From an uncultured Clostridia bacterium (GTDB lineage Bacteria > Bacillota > Clostridia > Oscillospirales > CAG-272), in assembly GCA_945949385.1 (NCBI GenBank), contig CAMFEL010000003.1:1-47692 (forward strand): DNA of 47,692 nt, in the 5' to 3' direction. The notes beneath the pieces are model-generated. The model had not been told where the DNA came from and did not search any database. It saw only the letters and a list, made by a program, of their open reading frames with translations. Position 1 is the stretch's first letter, and each line of letters opens with the position of its first letter. Position numbers and translations under genes: made by a program. This document shows positions 9,742 to 19,036 of the stretch, piece by piece.

Positions 9742-11163
9742 ATGGTTTTTACTTCTCTTGAATTTCTGTTTCTGTATTTTGCGGTGACGATGATATGCTA
9801 TTTCATCGTCCCTCTGCGCCTGAGGAATATGGTTCTTCTCGTCGTCAGCCTTGTATTCTACGGCTGGGGTGAGCCGAAATATGTCGTCATAATGCTTGTC
9901 TCCATGGTGGTCGACTACACCTGCGGCTACTTTGCGGGCAAGTACAGGGAGATCGATAAAAAAAGGGCGCGGCGGTTTGTTATAATCAGCGCCGTCATAA
10001 ATCTGGGTATACTGGGATTTTTCAAATACTATACATTCATTGTGCAGAATCTGCAGCTTCTGCCTTTTGAATTTCTTAAAAAGATACCTCTTCTGGCAGA
10101 TGTTCCTCTGCCTATCGGAATTTCATTCTACACCTTCCAGACCATGTCCTACACCATCGATGTATACAGGGGCGACGCAAAGGTGCAGAGAAATATGGCC
10201 TCCTTCGGCGCCTATGTTACCCTGTTCCCTCAGCTTATAGCTGGACCCATTGTCAGATATCAGGACATCGACGATCAGCTCCGCTCAAGACCTCACAATA
10301 TAGATATGTTCGCCTCCGGTATGCGCACCTTTGTGTGCGGCTTTGCCAAAAAGATCATGCTGGCAAACGCCGCAGGCGCTTTGTGGGATCATTTCAGAGG
10401 TCTGTCGGAGTCCGGCGGCTCCGTTACGGTGCTCGGCTCCTGGACGGGACTTATTCTCTACGCTTTCCAGATATACTTTGACTTTTCCGGATATTCCGAT
10501 ATGGCAATAGGACTGGGAAAAATGCTGGGCTTCAACTTTAAGGAAAACTTTTTCTATCCCTATGTTTCAAAGAGCATTACGGATTTCTGGCGCCGCTGGC
10601 ATATTTCCATGGGCACCTGGTTCAGGGAGTATGTATATATCCCCCTGGGCGGCAACCGCTGCGCCAAGTGGAAAATGTTCCGCAATATTATAGCTGTATG
10701 GTTCCTTACGGGACTTTGGCACGGCGCAAGCTGGAACTACATACTGTGGGGACTTTACTACTGCCTGTTCCTGCTTATTGAAAAAGCGTTCCTTCTGAAG
10801 GTGCTTAAAAAGCTGCCCGCGGCAGTTTCCCATATATACACCCTTGCGGTGGTGCTTTTCGGCTGGTGGCTGTTCGTATTTGAGGATCTGTCCGCAGGCT
10901 GGACCTATCTGGGGCATATGTTCGGGGTGGGCGCCGCATTTACGGAGCCCGCGGTCACCTACGACATACTGCGCAATCTCTTATTCATAGTCATCCTCTG
11001 CATTGCCGCAACGCCCTTACCCAAAAAGCTGTACTACAAGTTCTACACCGCGGGAAAAGGCGCCCGTATTGCCGTAAGCGTATGCTGCGCCGCCGTGCTT
11101 GTGCTGTGCACCGGGTATCTGGTGGATTCCTCCTACAACCCGTTTTTGTATTTCAGATTTTAA
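9742..11163 (+). CDS. MBOAT family O-acyltransferase (AlgI/DltB/PatA-like)
   Basis: MVFTSLEF start, LPIGISFYTFQ, FPQLIAGPIVR, DFSGYSDMA, FWRRWHIS, TGLWHGA. Confidence 0.93.
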   Translation: MVFTSLEFLFLYFAVTMICYFIVPLRLRNMVLLVVSLVFYGWGEPKYVVIMLVSMVVDYTCGYFAGKYREIDKKRARRFVIISAVINLGILGFFKYYTFIVQNLQLLPFEFLKKIPLLADVPLPIGISFYTFQTMSYTIDVYRGDAKVQRNMASFGAYVTLFPQLIAGPIVRYQDIDDQLRSRPHNIDMFASGMRTFVCGFAKKIMLANAAGALWDHFRGLSESGGSVTVLGSWTGLILYAFQIYFDFSGYSDMAIGLGKMLGFNFKENFFYPYVSKSITDFWRRWHISMGTWFREYVYIPLGGNRCAKWKMFRNIIAVWFLTGLWHGASWNYILWGLYYCLFLLIEKAFLLKVLKKLPAAVSHIYTLAVVLFGWWLFVFEDLSAGWTYLGHMFGVGAAFTEPAVTYDILRNLLFIVILCIAATPLPKKLYYKFYTAGKGARIAVSVCCAAVLVLCTGYLVDSSYNPFLYFRF

Positions 11164-11178
11164 GGGAGGTACCGGAAT

Positions 11179-12486
11179 ATGGCAAACGATACGAATAAAA
11201 GCAAAATAATTACCGCCGACGGCGAAGCAAAAAAATATTTTGATTTGCAGATGTCGCTGAAAGGCTCCTCACGTTTCGCAAACATACTGCTGACTTTCCT
11301 TACCATGGGTTTTGTATTCGTGTTTGCGGCTCTGTTCTGGATCCTTCCCGACAGGGATTTTTCCCCGGAGGAAAACCGCTCGCTGGCAAAGGCGCCGGAA
11401 ATGACGGTTGAAAATCTGTTTTCAGGCAATCTCACCGAAGAATTTTCCGATTATATGGCAGATCAGTTCCCCGCAAGAGGCTTTTTCGTAGGCGTGAAAG
11501 CCGTGGGAGAGCTGGCGCAGGGCAAGCAGGAAAACAACGATGTGTTTGTGGCAAAGGACAACTATCTTATTGCCCGCGTCGATTATCCCGACGAAAAAAA
11601 TCTTCAGAAAAACATATCCGCCGCAGGCCGCTTTATTGCCGCCGCCGAGGATAGCGGCATAAACTGCACCGCAGCCTTTGCGGGACGCAAAGCCGATGTG
11701 TGCTACGATAAACTGCCTGCCGTTTATAACGGCAAGTATTACTCCGACAGGATATGGGGTATACTTGATGATATGTGCAAGGCCTCCGGCTTTGACTTTG
11801 TAAATCTGAGGGATGTACTGCGCACCCACGAAGCTGACGGCGAAGAGATCTATTACAGAACCGACCACCATTGGAATTCCTACGGCGCGTATATCGCCTA
11901 TACTGCCATCGGCGACTCTGTGGGCTACAAGCCCCTTCCCCTAACCGATTTTGAAAAGGAAAAGGTCACCGACTCATTTCTCGGTACCACCTGGTCAGCC
12001 TCCGGCATCAAGTGGCAGGAGGGTGAAGAAATAGACTTTTACCGCTGGGAGGGCGACGGAGATTTCACCATGCGCGTGCTTGACCCCTCGGGTCAGCTCA
12101 GCGACTGCGAGGGACAGCGCACCGTGGAGGAGGACGGCGATGTATATTCCGTGTTTGACTCCTACTATATCCGCGATTTTCTCGACAAAAAAGATAAGTA
12201 TGCCTCCTTTATCGGCGGCAACTTCGGCTATACGGAGATATACAATAATACAGACGGGCAGCGCGAGACCCTGCTGATCCTTAAAGACTCCTTTGCCAAC
12301 AGCATGGTGCAGTTCCTCGCCCGTGACTATGACCTGATCATGATAGACCTGCGCTACTACAAAGCCAACATTACAAGGCTTTGTGAGGAAAAGGACATTA
12401 AAAATGTACTGCTTCTGTATAACATGGAAACGCTTACCGAGTCCTCCGACCTTGTAATTCTCAATACGGGACTTATGAATAAGTAA
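11179..12486 (+). CDS. DHHW family protein (AlgJ/AlgX-like acetylation partner)
   Basis: ENRSLA, YYRTDHHWN and KDSFAN motifs; follows the MBOAT gene. Confidence 0.9.
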   Translation: MANDTNKSKIITADGEAKKYFDLQMSLKGSSRFANILLTFLTMGFVFVFAALFWILPDRDFSPEENRSLAKAPEMTVENLFSGNLTEEFSDYMADQFPARGFFVGVKAVGELAQGKQENNDVFVAKDNYLIARVDYPDEKNLQKNISAAGRFIAAAEDSGINCTAAFAGRKADVCYDKLPAVYNGKYYSDRIWGILDDMCKASGFDFVNLRDVLRTHEADGEEIYYRTDHHWNSYGAYIAYTAIGDSVGYKPLPLTDFEKEKVTDSFLGTTWSASGIKWQEGEEIDFYRWEGDGDFTMRVLDPSGQLSDCEGQRTVEEDGDVYSVFDSYYIRDFLDKKDKYASFIGGNFGYTEIYNNTDGQRETLLILKDSFANSMVQFLARDYDLIMIDLRYYKANITRLCEEKDIKNVLLLYNMETLTESSDLVILNTGLMNK

Positions 12487-12542
12487 CTGCCGCGCCTGCG
12501 GCACCGAAAAGTCCGCCTATTCGGCGGCAGAACGGAGAATTT

Positions 12543-12992
12543 ATGAAAAAGATACTTAAAACCTTGATTGTCACCGCCGCCCTTATTACGGCAGCAGCCT
12601 GTCTCTTTTCATGCGCACGGGGCGCGGGAAAAGAAGAGGACACCACAGAGCCCTCGGTGACTACGGAGCGCAGCGGCTTTGAGGATGTGACCGCTCCTCC
12701 CGAAAGCACGGGCGCCGACACCGAGACCTCGGGCGACGCAGTTTCGTCGGACGCAGACATCTCACTGACAAACGAGGAAGCCGTTGAAGCGGCAAAGGCC
12801 TGGCTTGGAGAGACCGACCCCGACACAGGCTACAAATACGCCTATTCCTTTGACGGAATGGACGAAAACGGCGGCGAGGAGTGCTTCCGCATCCGCGTTT
12901 CCTGGTATCTCGAGGACGAGGACAGATACTCTCTCTGCGGTTATCTTTTAGTGTCCGAGGACGGCAAAAACATTCAAAAATTTGATTGGTAA
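12543..12992 (+). CDS. Hypothetical lipoprotein
   Basis: Signal peptide with LFSC lipobox, acidic linker, small C-terminal domain. Confidence 0.75.
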   Translation: MKKILKTLIVTAALITAAACLFSCARGAGKEEDTTEPSVTTERSGFEDVTAPPESTGADTETSGDAVSSDADISLTNEEAVEAAKAWLGETDPDTGYKYAYSFDGMDENGGEECFRIRVSWYLEDEDRYSLCGYLLVSEDGKNIQKFDW

Positions 12993-13004
12993 GGCAGTAC
13001 GGAA

Positions 13005-15005
13005 ATGGCAAAAGTAAAGGAAGCGGCAAAATACAACGATCTTTCAATTGAAAAGCTGGAGGGCGCCGACCGCGTGAGAAAGCGCCCCGCCGTCATATTC
13101 GGCTCCGACGGGCTTGAAGGCTGCGAGCACGCCTTTTTTGAGATCCTTTCCAACTCCGTGGACGAGGCAAAGGAGGGCTACGGCAGCGTTATCACCGTTA
13201 CCGCCTTTCGGGATCATTCCATAGAGGTTGCCGACAGAGGACGCGGAGTACCCATGGGCTACAACGAGAAATACGGCTGCTATAACTGGGAGCTGGTCTA
13301 CTGCGAGCTGTATGCGGGAGGCAAGTACAACAACAACTCCGGCGATGGCGCATATGAGTATTCCATAGGACTTAACGGCCTGGGCGCCTGCGCTACTCAG
13401 TATTCCTCCGAGTTATTTGAAGTACACTCATACAGCGGCGACACAGAATCCAGTATGTCTTTCCGCCAGGGCGAGCCGGTGTCAAAGCTTGAAGTGCGCC
13501 AGCTTGACAAAAAAGAGCGACGCACGGGCACCGTTACCTACTGGAAGCCCGACCTTGAAGTCTTTACGGATATAAATATCCCCAAAGAATACTTCACCGA
13601 TGTGCTGGAAAAACAGGCGGTGGTAAACGCCGGACTTAAGTTCGTTTTCCGCTTTGAAAACGAAGACGGCGGCTTTGAACAGTCCGAATTTATTTACGAA
13701 AACGGAATTCTGGACTATGTCTCCCGCCTTGCGGGGGACAGCGCCATTACCCAGCCTGTTTCCTGGAAAATGGGGGAGGTCAAAGGGCGCGACCGCGAGG
13801 ACAAGGCAGACTATAAGCTTACCTGCGAGGTAGCTTTCTGCGCTTCAAACGCCGTAAGCATTGCGGAGTATTACCATAACTCAAGCCATCTGGAGTACGG
13901 CGGAAGCCCGGAAAAGGCTGTGCGCACCGCCTTTACCTACGCGGTGGACAAGCAGCTTAAAACACTGGGAAAATACAACAAGAACGAGTCCAAAATAACC
14001 TACGCGGATATTGAGGACTGTCTCATTATCGTCACAAATTCCTTTTCCACCGTCACCTCCTACGAAAACCAGACAAAAAAGAAAATTACAAACTCCTTTA
14101 TAGCGGAGGCTATGACCGCATTTATAAAGGAACAGCTTGAAATTTACTTTGCGGAAAACCCCATCGACGGAGAAAAATTCGTAAATCAGGTGCTTGTAAA
14201 CAAGCGCTCAAGAGAGACTGCGGAAACCACCCGTCTCAATATCAAAAAGAAGCTTGCCGCCTCAACCGATGTGGCAAGCAGAGTGGAAAAATTCGTCTCC
14301 TGCCGCTCAAAAGACCCCGACAGACGCGAGCTTTACATTGTGGAGGGCGACTCCGCAATGACAAGCTGCAAGCTGGGCAGAAACGCGGAGTTTCAGGCAA
14401 TAATCCCCGTCAGAGGCAAAACCCTGAACTGCCAGAAAAGCACCTACGACAAAATATTCAAAAGCGATATAATAGTCGATCTTCTCCGTGTTATCGGCTG
14501 CGGAGTGGAGATAAAGGCAAAGGTCAAGGGCAATTTCGTGCCCTTTGATATTAACTCTCTTAAATGGTCAAAGATCATTATCTGCACCGATGCGGACGAG
14601 GACGGCTTCCAGATACGCACTCTGCTGCTGACGCTGTTCAACAGACTGCTGCCCACACTTATAAAAGAGGGCAAGGTGTATATCGCCGAATCTCCCCTGT
14701 TTGAGATAACCACAAAGGAAAAAATTTATTTTGCCTATAACGAGCAGGAAAAAGCGGACATTCTCGCCACTCTTGAGGGCAAAAAATACACGCTTCAGCG
14801 CTCAAAGGGTCTTGGCGAAAACGAGCCGGATATGATGTGGCAGACAACCATGAATCCCGCAACTCGCCGCCTTATACGGGTGACCCAGTCGGACGCCGCC
14901 GCAACGGAGCATATTTTCGATGTGCTTCTGGGCGACAACCTGCCGGAGCGAAAGAAATTCATCGCACAGTACGCCGCCCGCTACGCGGAATTGGCGGATA
15001 TATAA
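13005..15005 (+). CDS. Type IIA DNA topoisomerase subunit B (GyrB/ParE family, probably topo IV-type)
   Basis: VRKRP, EILSNSVDE, GRGVP, EGDSA, PVRGK, DADEDG, SKGLGE. Confidence 0.92.
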   Translation: MAKVKEAAKYNDLSIEKLEGADRVRKRPAVIFGSDGLEGCEHAFFEILSNSVDEAKEGYGSVITVTAFRDHSIEVADRGRGVPMGYNEKYGCYNWELVYCELYAGGKYNNNSGDGAYEYSIGLNGLGACATQYSSELFEVHSYSGDTESSMSFRQGEPVSKLEVRQLDKKERRTGTVTYWKPDLEVFTDINIPKEYFTDVLEKQAVVNAGLKFVFRFENEDGGFEQSEFIYENGILDYVSRLAGDSAITQPVSWKMGEVKGRDREDKADYKLTCEVAFCASNAVSIAEYYHNSSHLEYGGSPEKAVRTAFTYAVDKQLKTLGKYNKNESKITYADIEDCLIIVTNSFSTVTSYENQTKKKITNSFIAEAMTAFIKEQLEIYFAENPIDGEKFVNQVLVNKRSRETAETTRLNIKKKLAASTDVASRVEKFVSCRSKDPDRRELYIVEGDSAMTSCKLGRNAEFQAIIPVRGKTLNCQKSTYDKIFKSDIIVDLLRVIGCGVEIKAKVKGNFVPFDINSLKWSKIIICTDADEDGFQIRTLLLTLFNRLLPTLIKEGKVYIAESPLFEITTKEKIYFAYNEQEKADILATLEGKKYTLQRSKGLGENEPDMMWQTTMNPATRRLIRVTQSDAAATEHIFDVLLGDNLPERKKFIAQYAARYAELADI

Positions 15006-15008
15006 GAC

Positions 15009-15035
15009 AAAAGCTCCGGCACCGCCGGAGCTTTT
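15009..15035. terminator. Bidirectional intrinsic terminator between convergent genes
   Basis: aaaagctccggc-acc-gccggagctttt. Confidence 0.8.
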
Positions 15036-15079
15036 TATTATGTACAGATATAGTATACAGTATACCTTACTTATGAGTC

Positions 15080-17521
15080 CTAAGCGCTCAGATCAATCCA
15101 CAAAGCGGGGCGGACGGCAAAACCATGATGGCCGACACGGCCGCCGTCCTCGACGACGCCGCCGTAATCGTCGAAATAGGCGGCCCAACTCTGACAGCAG
15201 CCGGGCGACCGCAGCCACCAATAGCAGTTGTCGTTGTAGCTATTGACAAACGCTCCACCAGCAACAGCATACTCGGTAGGTTTACATTGTCTTGCGCTAT
15301 CGGAGCTGAAGTACTTATTTGCTTCGGTAATGCTTAACAAGAACACCCGGTCCTGTGTTGCGTTGCCGGGGTTTGTGGAATAGCTGGGATTTTCATCTGC
15401 GGATACCGTTACCGTAGGAATCATTGCCTTTTCGTTGGCAGTAAACGCAGAATTGATGAAATTGTTATTTAACCAGTTTCGGAGTGTGCAGGTCTCCCAA
15501 GTGACGTCGGCATAACTTGTGTTGTACTGCTGGCAGTCAAGAGCATATTTGCTGATGACAAGTGCTTTGCCGTCTTTCACTTCAAGAACAAGCCACTCAA
15601 TATTTTCCTTGCCGTTGGATGTGTTGTTGTCTTGCTCGTATGTACCAAAAAACACATAATCGCCGACGTTTGCGCTTTTCAGCTTCTCCGTCTCATATCT
15701 AACGTAAATGGAATTTGCTTTTTCGGTACTGTCCTTGTATCCATCAAGCGCAATTAACGCTTCATACGCTTCAGCGATATTCCCAGCATCCATCAAGGCA
15801 ATAGCATCGTTATATTTGCTGTTGGGGATAATTACGGTATTCAATACAATTATAAAGGCGATAATTGCACAAACGGTAGGCGTTAAAACAGCAATAATTA
15901 TTTTCCGTTTCTTTGCCATGAGTTCTGCTTCCAAACGCTCCATGCGGTAAATTTCTTCTTGTTTCTGTTTTATTTCCTCAATCTTTCTTTCACAAATTTC
16001 GATTTGTTCATCTGCATCTCGCCAGTTAGGGATCTGTTTGAATTTTGCGATAGCAATTTGAAAGCCGTAGACTGAATTCTCTTTCGTTTTTTTAATCGCT
16101 TGCCTATAAGTTTCATCTTTATGACACGCTTCCGCTTTTTCAAGGCACTGATCCCTCAAACAGTCGGAATCCTTAAAACCTTTAATTCTACCAAATAAAT
16201 CGGCAGCAGTCTTGAAAGCGCTCTCCGTCGTCGCATTTGCCATAGCATTTAATGCCCATTCATAATTTCCGTTAAGTCGCTCATTCTCGTTTCTTTCATT
16301 TATATGGGCAATATAGCCTTGGAGCGATGCTTTAAGTTTGGCACCTCCGAAGCGTATAATTTTTTGATAGTTACCGTAATCGTCAAACGGCTGTTCACAG
16401 TCAGCAAGTTTTTCCTGTGTGTTTACTTTAAGCTCCGCCATAAGCTTCCCGAGATAAGCTTCGGCACATTCGGGATCAAGGTCAAGCACCTTTTCGCAAT
16501 ACTCATTTGCAGAATCCCAATCCCCATCCTCAAGGAACATAAATACCCGTTTCAGCAAAGGAGTGGTGTTTGCGTTTCCCGCGGCAATTACGGTTTCCTT
16601 CACAACTGTTGCTTTCGGCTCGTCATTTTGTGCAATCTTCTTAATACCGCGAATCAGATCCTGCATAAAGCCGAGTTTTGACATATCCTGCGCCTGAAGA
16701 TGAGAAAACTCATCGGGGAGGTCATAAGGATCCATATCCTTATATGCGGGGATGAGCATTTTTTTGCCGCCGCTTTTCTTTACCAAAGAAAGGTATCTTG
16801 ACCACTCGTTTTTCACCCATACCGCATTGAAATACTCCGGTTTTGTGCCGAGAGCCACCATTACCTTTGCGCTGTTAAGTGCGGCAAATATGTACGGCTC
16901 ATATGCGCTTCCCAACTTGTCCTCAAGAGTGATTCTTGCAAAGAAAACCTTGAATCCTTCTTGGGTTAACTGATGATAAAGATCGTTGGCTAAAACGCTG
17001 TCAGGGGTACGGCGACCGTTATTGTCTGTTTCTTTATAACAAATAAATACATCAAAAGGTTTTTCTTTGGCAGAAATTTCAAGAATACCCTTTTGGATGT
17101 CGTCTATAGCCTTTGCTTCTTCCTCGTATATCTGCTTCTGATAACCGTCGGCGTACTGCAGGGCGGATTTGTAATCCTCATCCATATAGACAGAGGTAAA
17201 CTGCGCACGGTTAACGGTAGGAACACGCTTGTGAGTAGCAGGATCTTCCACATACTCTATTCCATAGCGGCACAGCACCAAAGACCAGTATGCCTCCGCG
17301 TCGGTGCTGTCCTCGTTAAGTATCTGCTCATATATTGCCGCAGCCTTATCATAATCATTGTTGCGGCGAAAATGATTGGCTCTGTCATAAAGATTGGCTT
17401 TTTTATCATCATCAAGGCGGGGCAAAGTCTGCTTTGTCCCGCAGCTGTCGCATACCCCGACAGTTGCACCTTCTTCAAACTCTATGGTGCCTCCGCACAT
17501 TTTACATTTGAATATAGACAT
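15080..17521 (-). CDS. Zn-ribbon/TPR/TIR/TM/DUF6273-like (C-type-lectin-like) single-pass membrane protein
   Basis: CKMC..CDSC; TPR-like helices; TIR motifs FDVFICY and AVWVKNEW; TM IIIAVLTPTVCAIIAFIIVL; FGTYEQD, IEWLVL, LRNWLN, VFLLS, WWLRSPG, VRPALW; start moved to ATG 17521 after a GGAG RBS. Confidence 0.85.
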   Translation of the reverse strand: MSIFKCKMCGGTIEFEEGATVGVCDSCGTKQTLPRLDDDKKANLYDRANHFRRNNDYDKAAAIYEQILNEDSTDAEAYWSLVLCRYGIEYVEDPATHKRVPTVNRAQFTSVYMDEDYKSALQYADGYQKQIYEEEAKAIDDIQKGILEISAKEKPFDVFICYKETDNNGRRTPDSVLANDLYHQLTQEGFKVFFARITLEDKLGSAYEPYIFAALNSAKVMVALGTKPEYFNAVWVKNEWSRYLSLVKKSGGKKMLIPAYKDMDPYDLPDEFSHLQAQDMSKLGFMQDLIRGIKKIAQNDEPKATVVKETVIAAGNANTTPLLKRVFMFLEDGDWDSANEYCEKVLDLDPECAEAYLGKLMAELKVNTQEKLADCEQPFDDYGNYQKIIRFGGAKLKASLQGYIAHINERNENERLNGNYEWALNAMANATTESAFKTAADLFGRIKGFKDSDCLRDQCLEKAEACHKDETYRQAIKKTKENSVYGFQIAIAKFKQIPNWRDADEQIEICERKIEEIKQKQEEIYRMERLEAELMAKKRKIIIAVLTPTVCAIIAFIIVLNTVIIPNSKYNDAIALMDAGNIAEAYEALIALDGYKDSTEKANSIYVRYETEKLKSANVGDYVFFGTYEQDNNTSNGKENIEWLVLEVKDGKALVISKYALDCQQYNTSYADVTWETCTLRNWLNNNFINSAFTANEKAMIPTVTVSADENPSYSTNPGNATQDRVFLLSITEANKYFSSDSARQCKPTEYAVAGGAFVNSYNDNCYWWLRSPGCCQSWAAYFDDYGGVVEDGGRVGHHGFAVRPALWIDLSA
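15083..15253 (-). other. Candidate DGR variable repeat (VR) with GC-rich IMH-like end
   Basis: 57 consecutive codons with no third-position A; NNY codons at the loop positions of a WWLRS...VRP fold; ends GCCGTCCGCCCCGCT. Confidence 0.55.
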
Positions 17522-17523
17522 AA

Positions 17524-18318
17524 TTATTTCTCCTTGACATAGCTGCAATCAGAGCAAAGATTCCAATTGATTTTACTTTTTAATGCACTTTCTTGATAAT
17601 TGCATTTTTTACAATTGGGAGAATCATACACTCTCTTCGATAGGCTCTCTTTATATTTTTCAGGAAACTTAATTGCAACGACTTTGATTGGAAGATTGTC
17701 TAACAATTCTTTTTTTATAGAAACTATTATTCTGCATTCATTTTCATAAGACCACGGAAGTGTTTTCTTTTGAAAATTAAGATTATCAACTAGCGATTTC
17801 TTAAAATTGCCATTTACTTCATCCGAGCGTTTAACATAGTACTCTCCAGTACTTTTTTTAGAATCAGCATAGTAAATAACATCAGAAATAAAAATTCTAA
17901 ATTCGCAACTATTTAATACCTTTAATCGTTTAAATTCTCCATGCTCAAACACACCTAATTCAACAGCATCAGTATTTAATATCTGATTAATTATATCCTT
18001 ACTATAATCAATCATACATCCATCATTTCCGCTATAAAGCATCCACATTGCGACATTTTCCGATTTTGAAAATGACAAACAAACAGCGAAATTTTCATAT
18101 TCTTTTATACTACTATTTAAATTCTCTCTATCTAAAGTATCGTTCCACTTTTCACCGTTTGTTAAATAAACGGTATGATTTTTGATAATATTGGATATGT
18201 ATTCTGATTTAGAATAATATTTAAAATGTGTATGATTTCTAGCTTTTTCTTCTAGATACGATTTTAAACTGTCTGAATTTTCAAAAGAATTATCTCTAAT
18301 AGATTTATTTATAGACAT
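17524..18318 (-). CDS. DUF2971-like protein
   Basis: FKYY, CLSFSKSENVAMWMLY and KTLPWSYENECR motifs; very AT-rich. Confidence 0.75.
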   Translation of the reverse strand: MSINKSIRDNSFENSDSLKSYLEEKARNHTHFKYYSKSEYISNIIKNHTVYLTNGEKWNDTLDRENLNSSIKEYENFAVCLSFSKSENVAMWMLYSGNDGCMIDYSKDIINQILNTDAVELGVFEHGEFKRLKVLNSCEFRIFISDVIYYADSKKSTGEYYVKRSDEVNGNFKKSLVDNLNFQKKTLPWSYENECRIIVSIKKELLDNLPIKVVAIKFPEKYKESLSKRVYDSPNCKKCNYQESALKSKINWNLCSDCSYVKEK

Positions 18319-18324
18319 ATTATC

Positions 18325-19023
18325 TCACTTCAACAGTTTACACTTCTTATTTCTATCACAGATCAGAACAATCAGTTCTTCAGCAACGGTGTTAATATCC
18401 TTGTCATCAGCGTTTGCCACTGTGGTAAATTGATTAAACTTAATTGCTATTTCACTTTCAATACCGGCAAGAGCGTCATCTGACATAGGATCCGAATATC
18501 GTACTGCATCATATACTTTTTTGCAGGCAGATTTTGCTTCTTCACTTTTTGCGCGGTCAAGCAGATTTTCCGCATCAACGGTCAGCGATTTAATAAACAA
18601 TGTCTGAGATTTAATTTTGCCGTCAACATTCCCGACTATATCGGACGCAGCCTTTGCTTTGATTACCGCTATTGCAGTAAACGCAAGCACAAGGAAACAC
18701 ACTATTATCCCTACCCAGTTAGGCAAATCGGGAATTGCCATGCAAAGCGCACCGAAAACAAGAGTCAAAATGAGTCCGATGTAGCTTATGCGAATTACCG
18801 GAATATTGTAAAACAGCTTTTGTTTATCGTCGGTTCTCAGTGCCATATATGCACAGACAAGCTGACCGATAAACGCTAAAGTTATAAATATGTATCCTGC
18901 CCAGAACGCACCGCCGAATTTTGACATACCGGCGATCTCGCCCGGTGTTACAAAGCATATAACGTTAAACACGGCAAGAAGGATTGCCCATATCAGCGCA
19001 TATATCTTTATGCTCTTTTTCAT
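18325..19023 (-). CDS. 4-TM membrane protein with a C-terminal helical YSDP-motif domain
   Basis: Four hydrophobic helices followed by a soluble helical tail containing RYSDPMS. Confidence 0.75.
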   Translation of the reverse strand: MKKSIKIYALIWAILLAVFNVICFVTPGEIAGMSKFGGAFWAGYIFITLAFIGQLVCAYMALRTDDKQKLFYNIPVIRISYIGLILTLVFGALCMAIPDLPNWVGIIVCFLVLAFTAIAVIKAKAASDIVGNVDGKIKSQTLFIKSLTVDAENLLDRAKSEEAKSACKKVYDAVRYSDPMSDDALAGIESEIAIKFNQFTTVANADDKDINTVAEELIVLICDRNKKCKLLK

Positions 19024-19036
19024 TATTTCATCCCCC

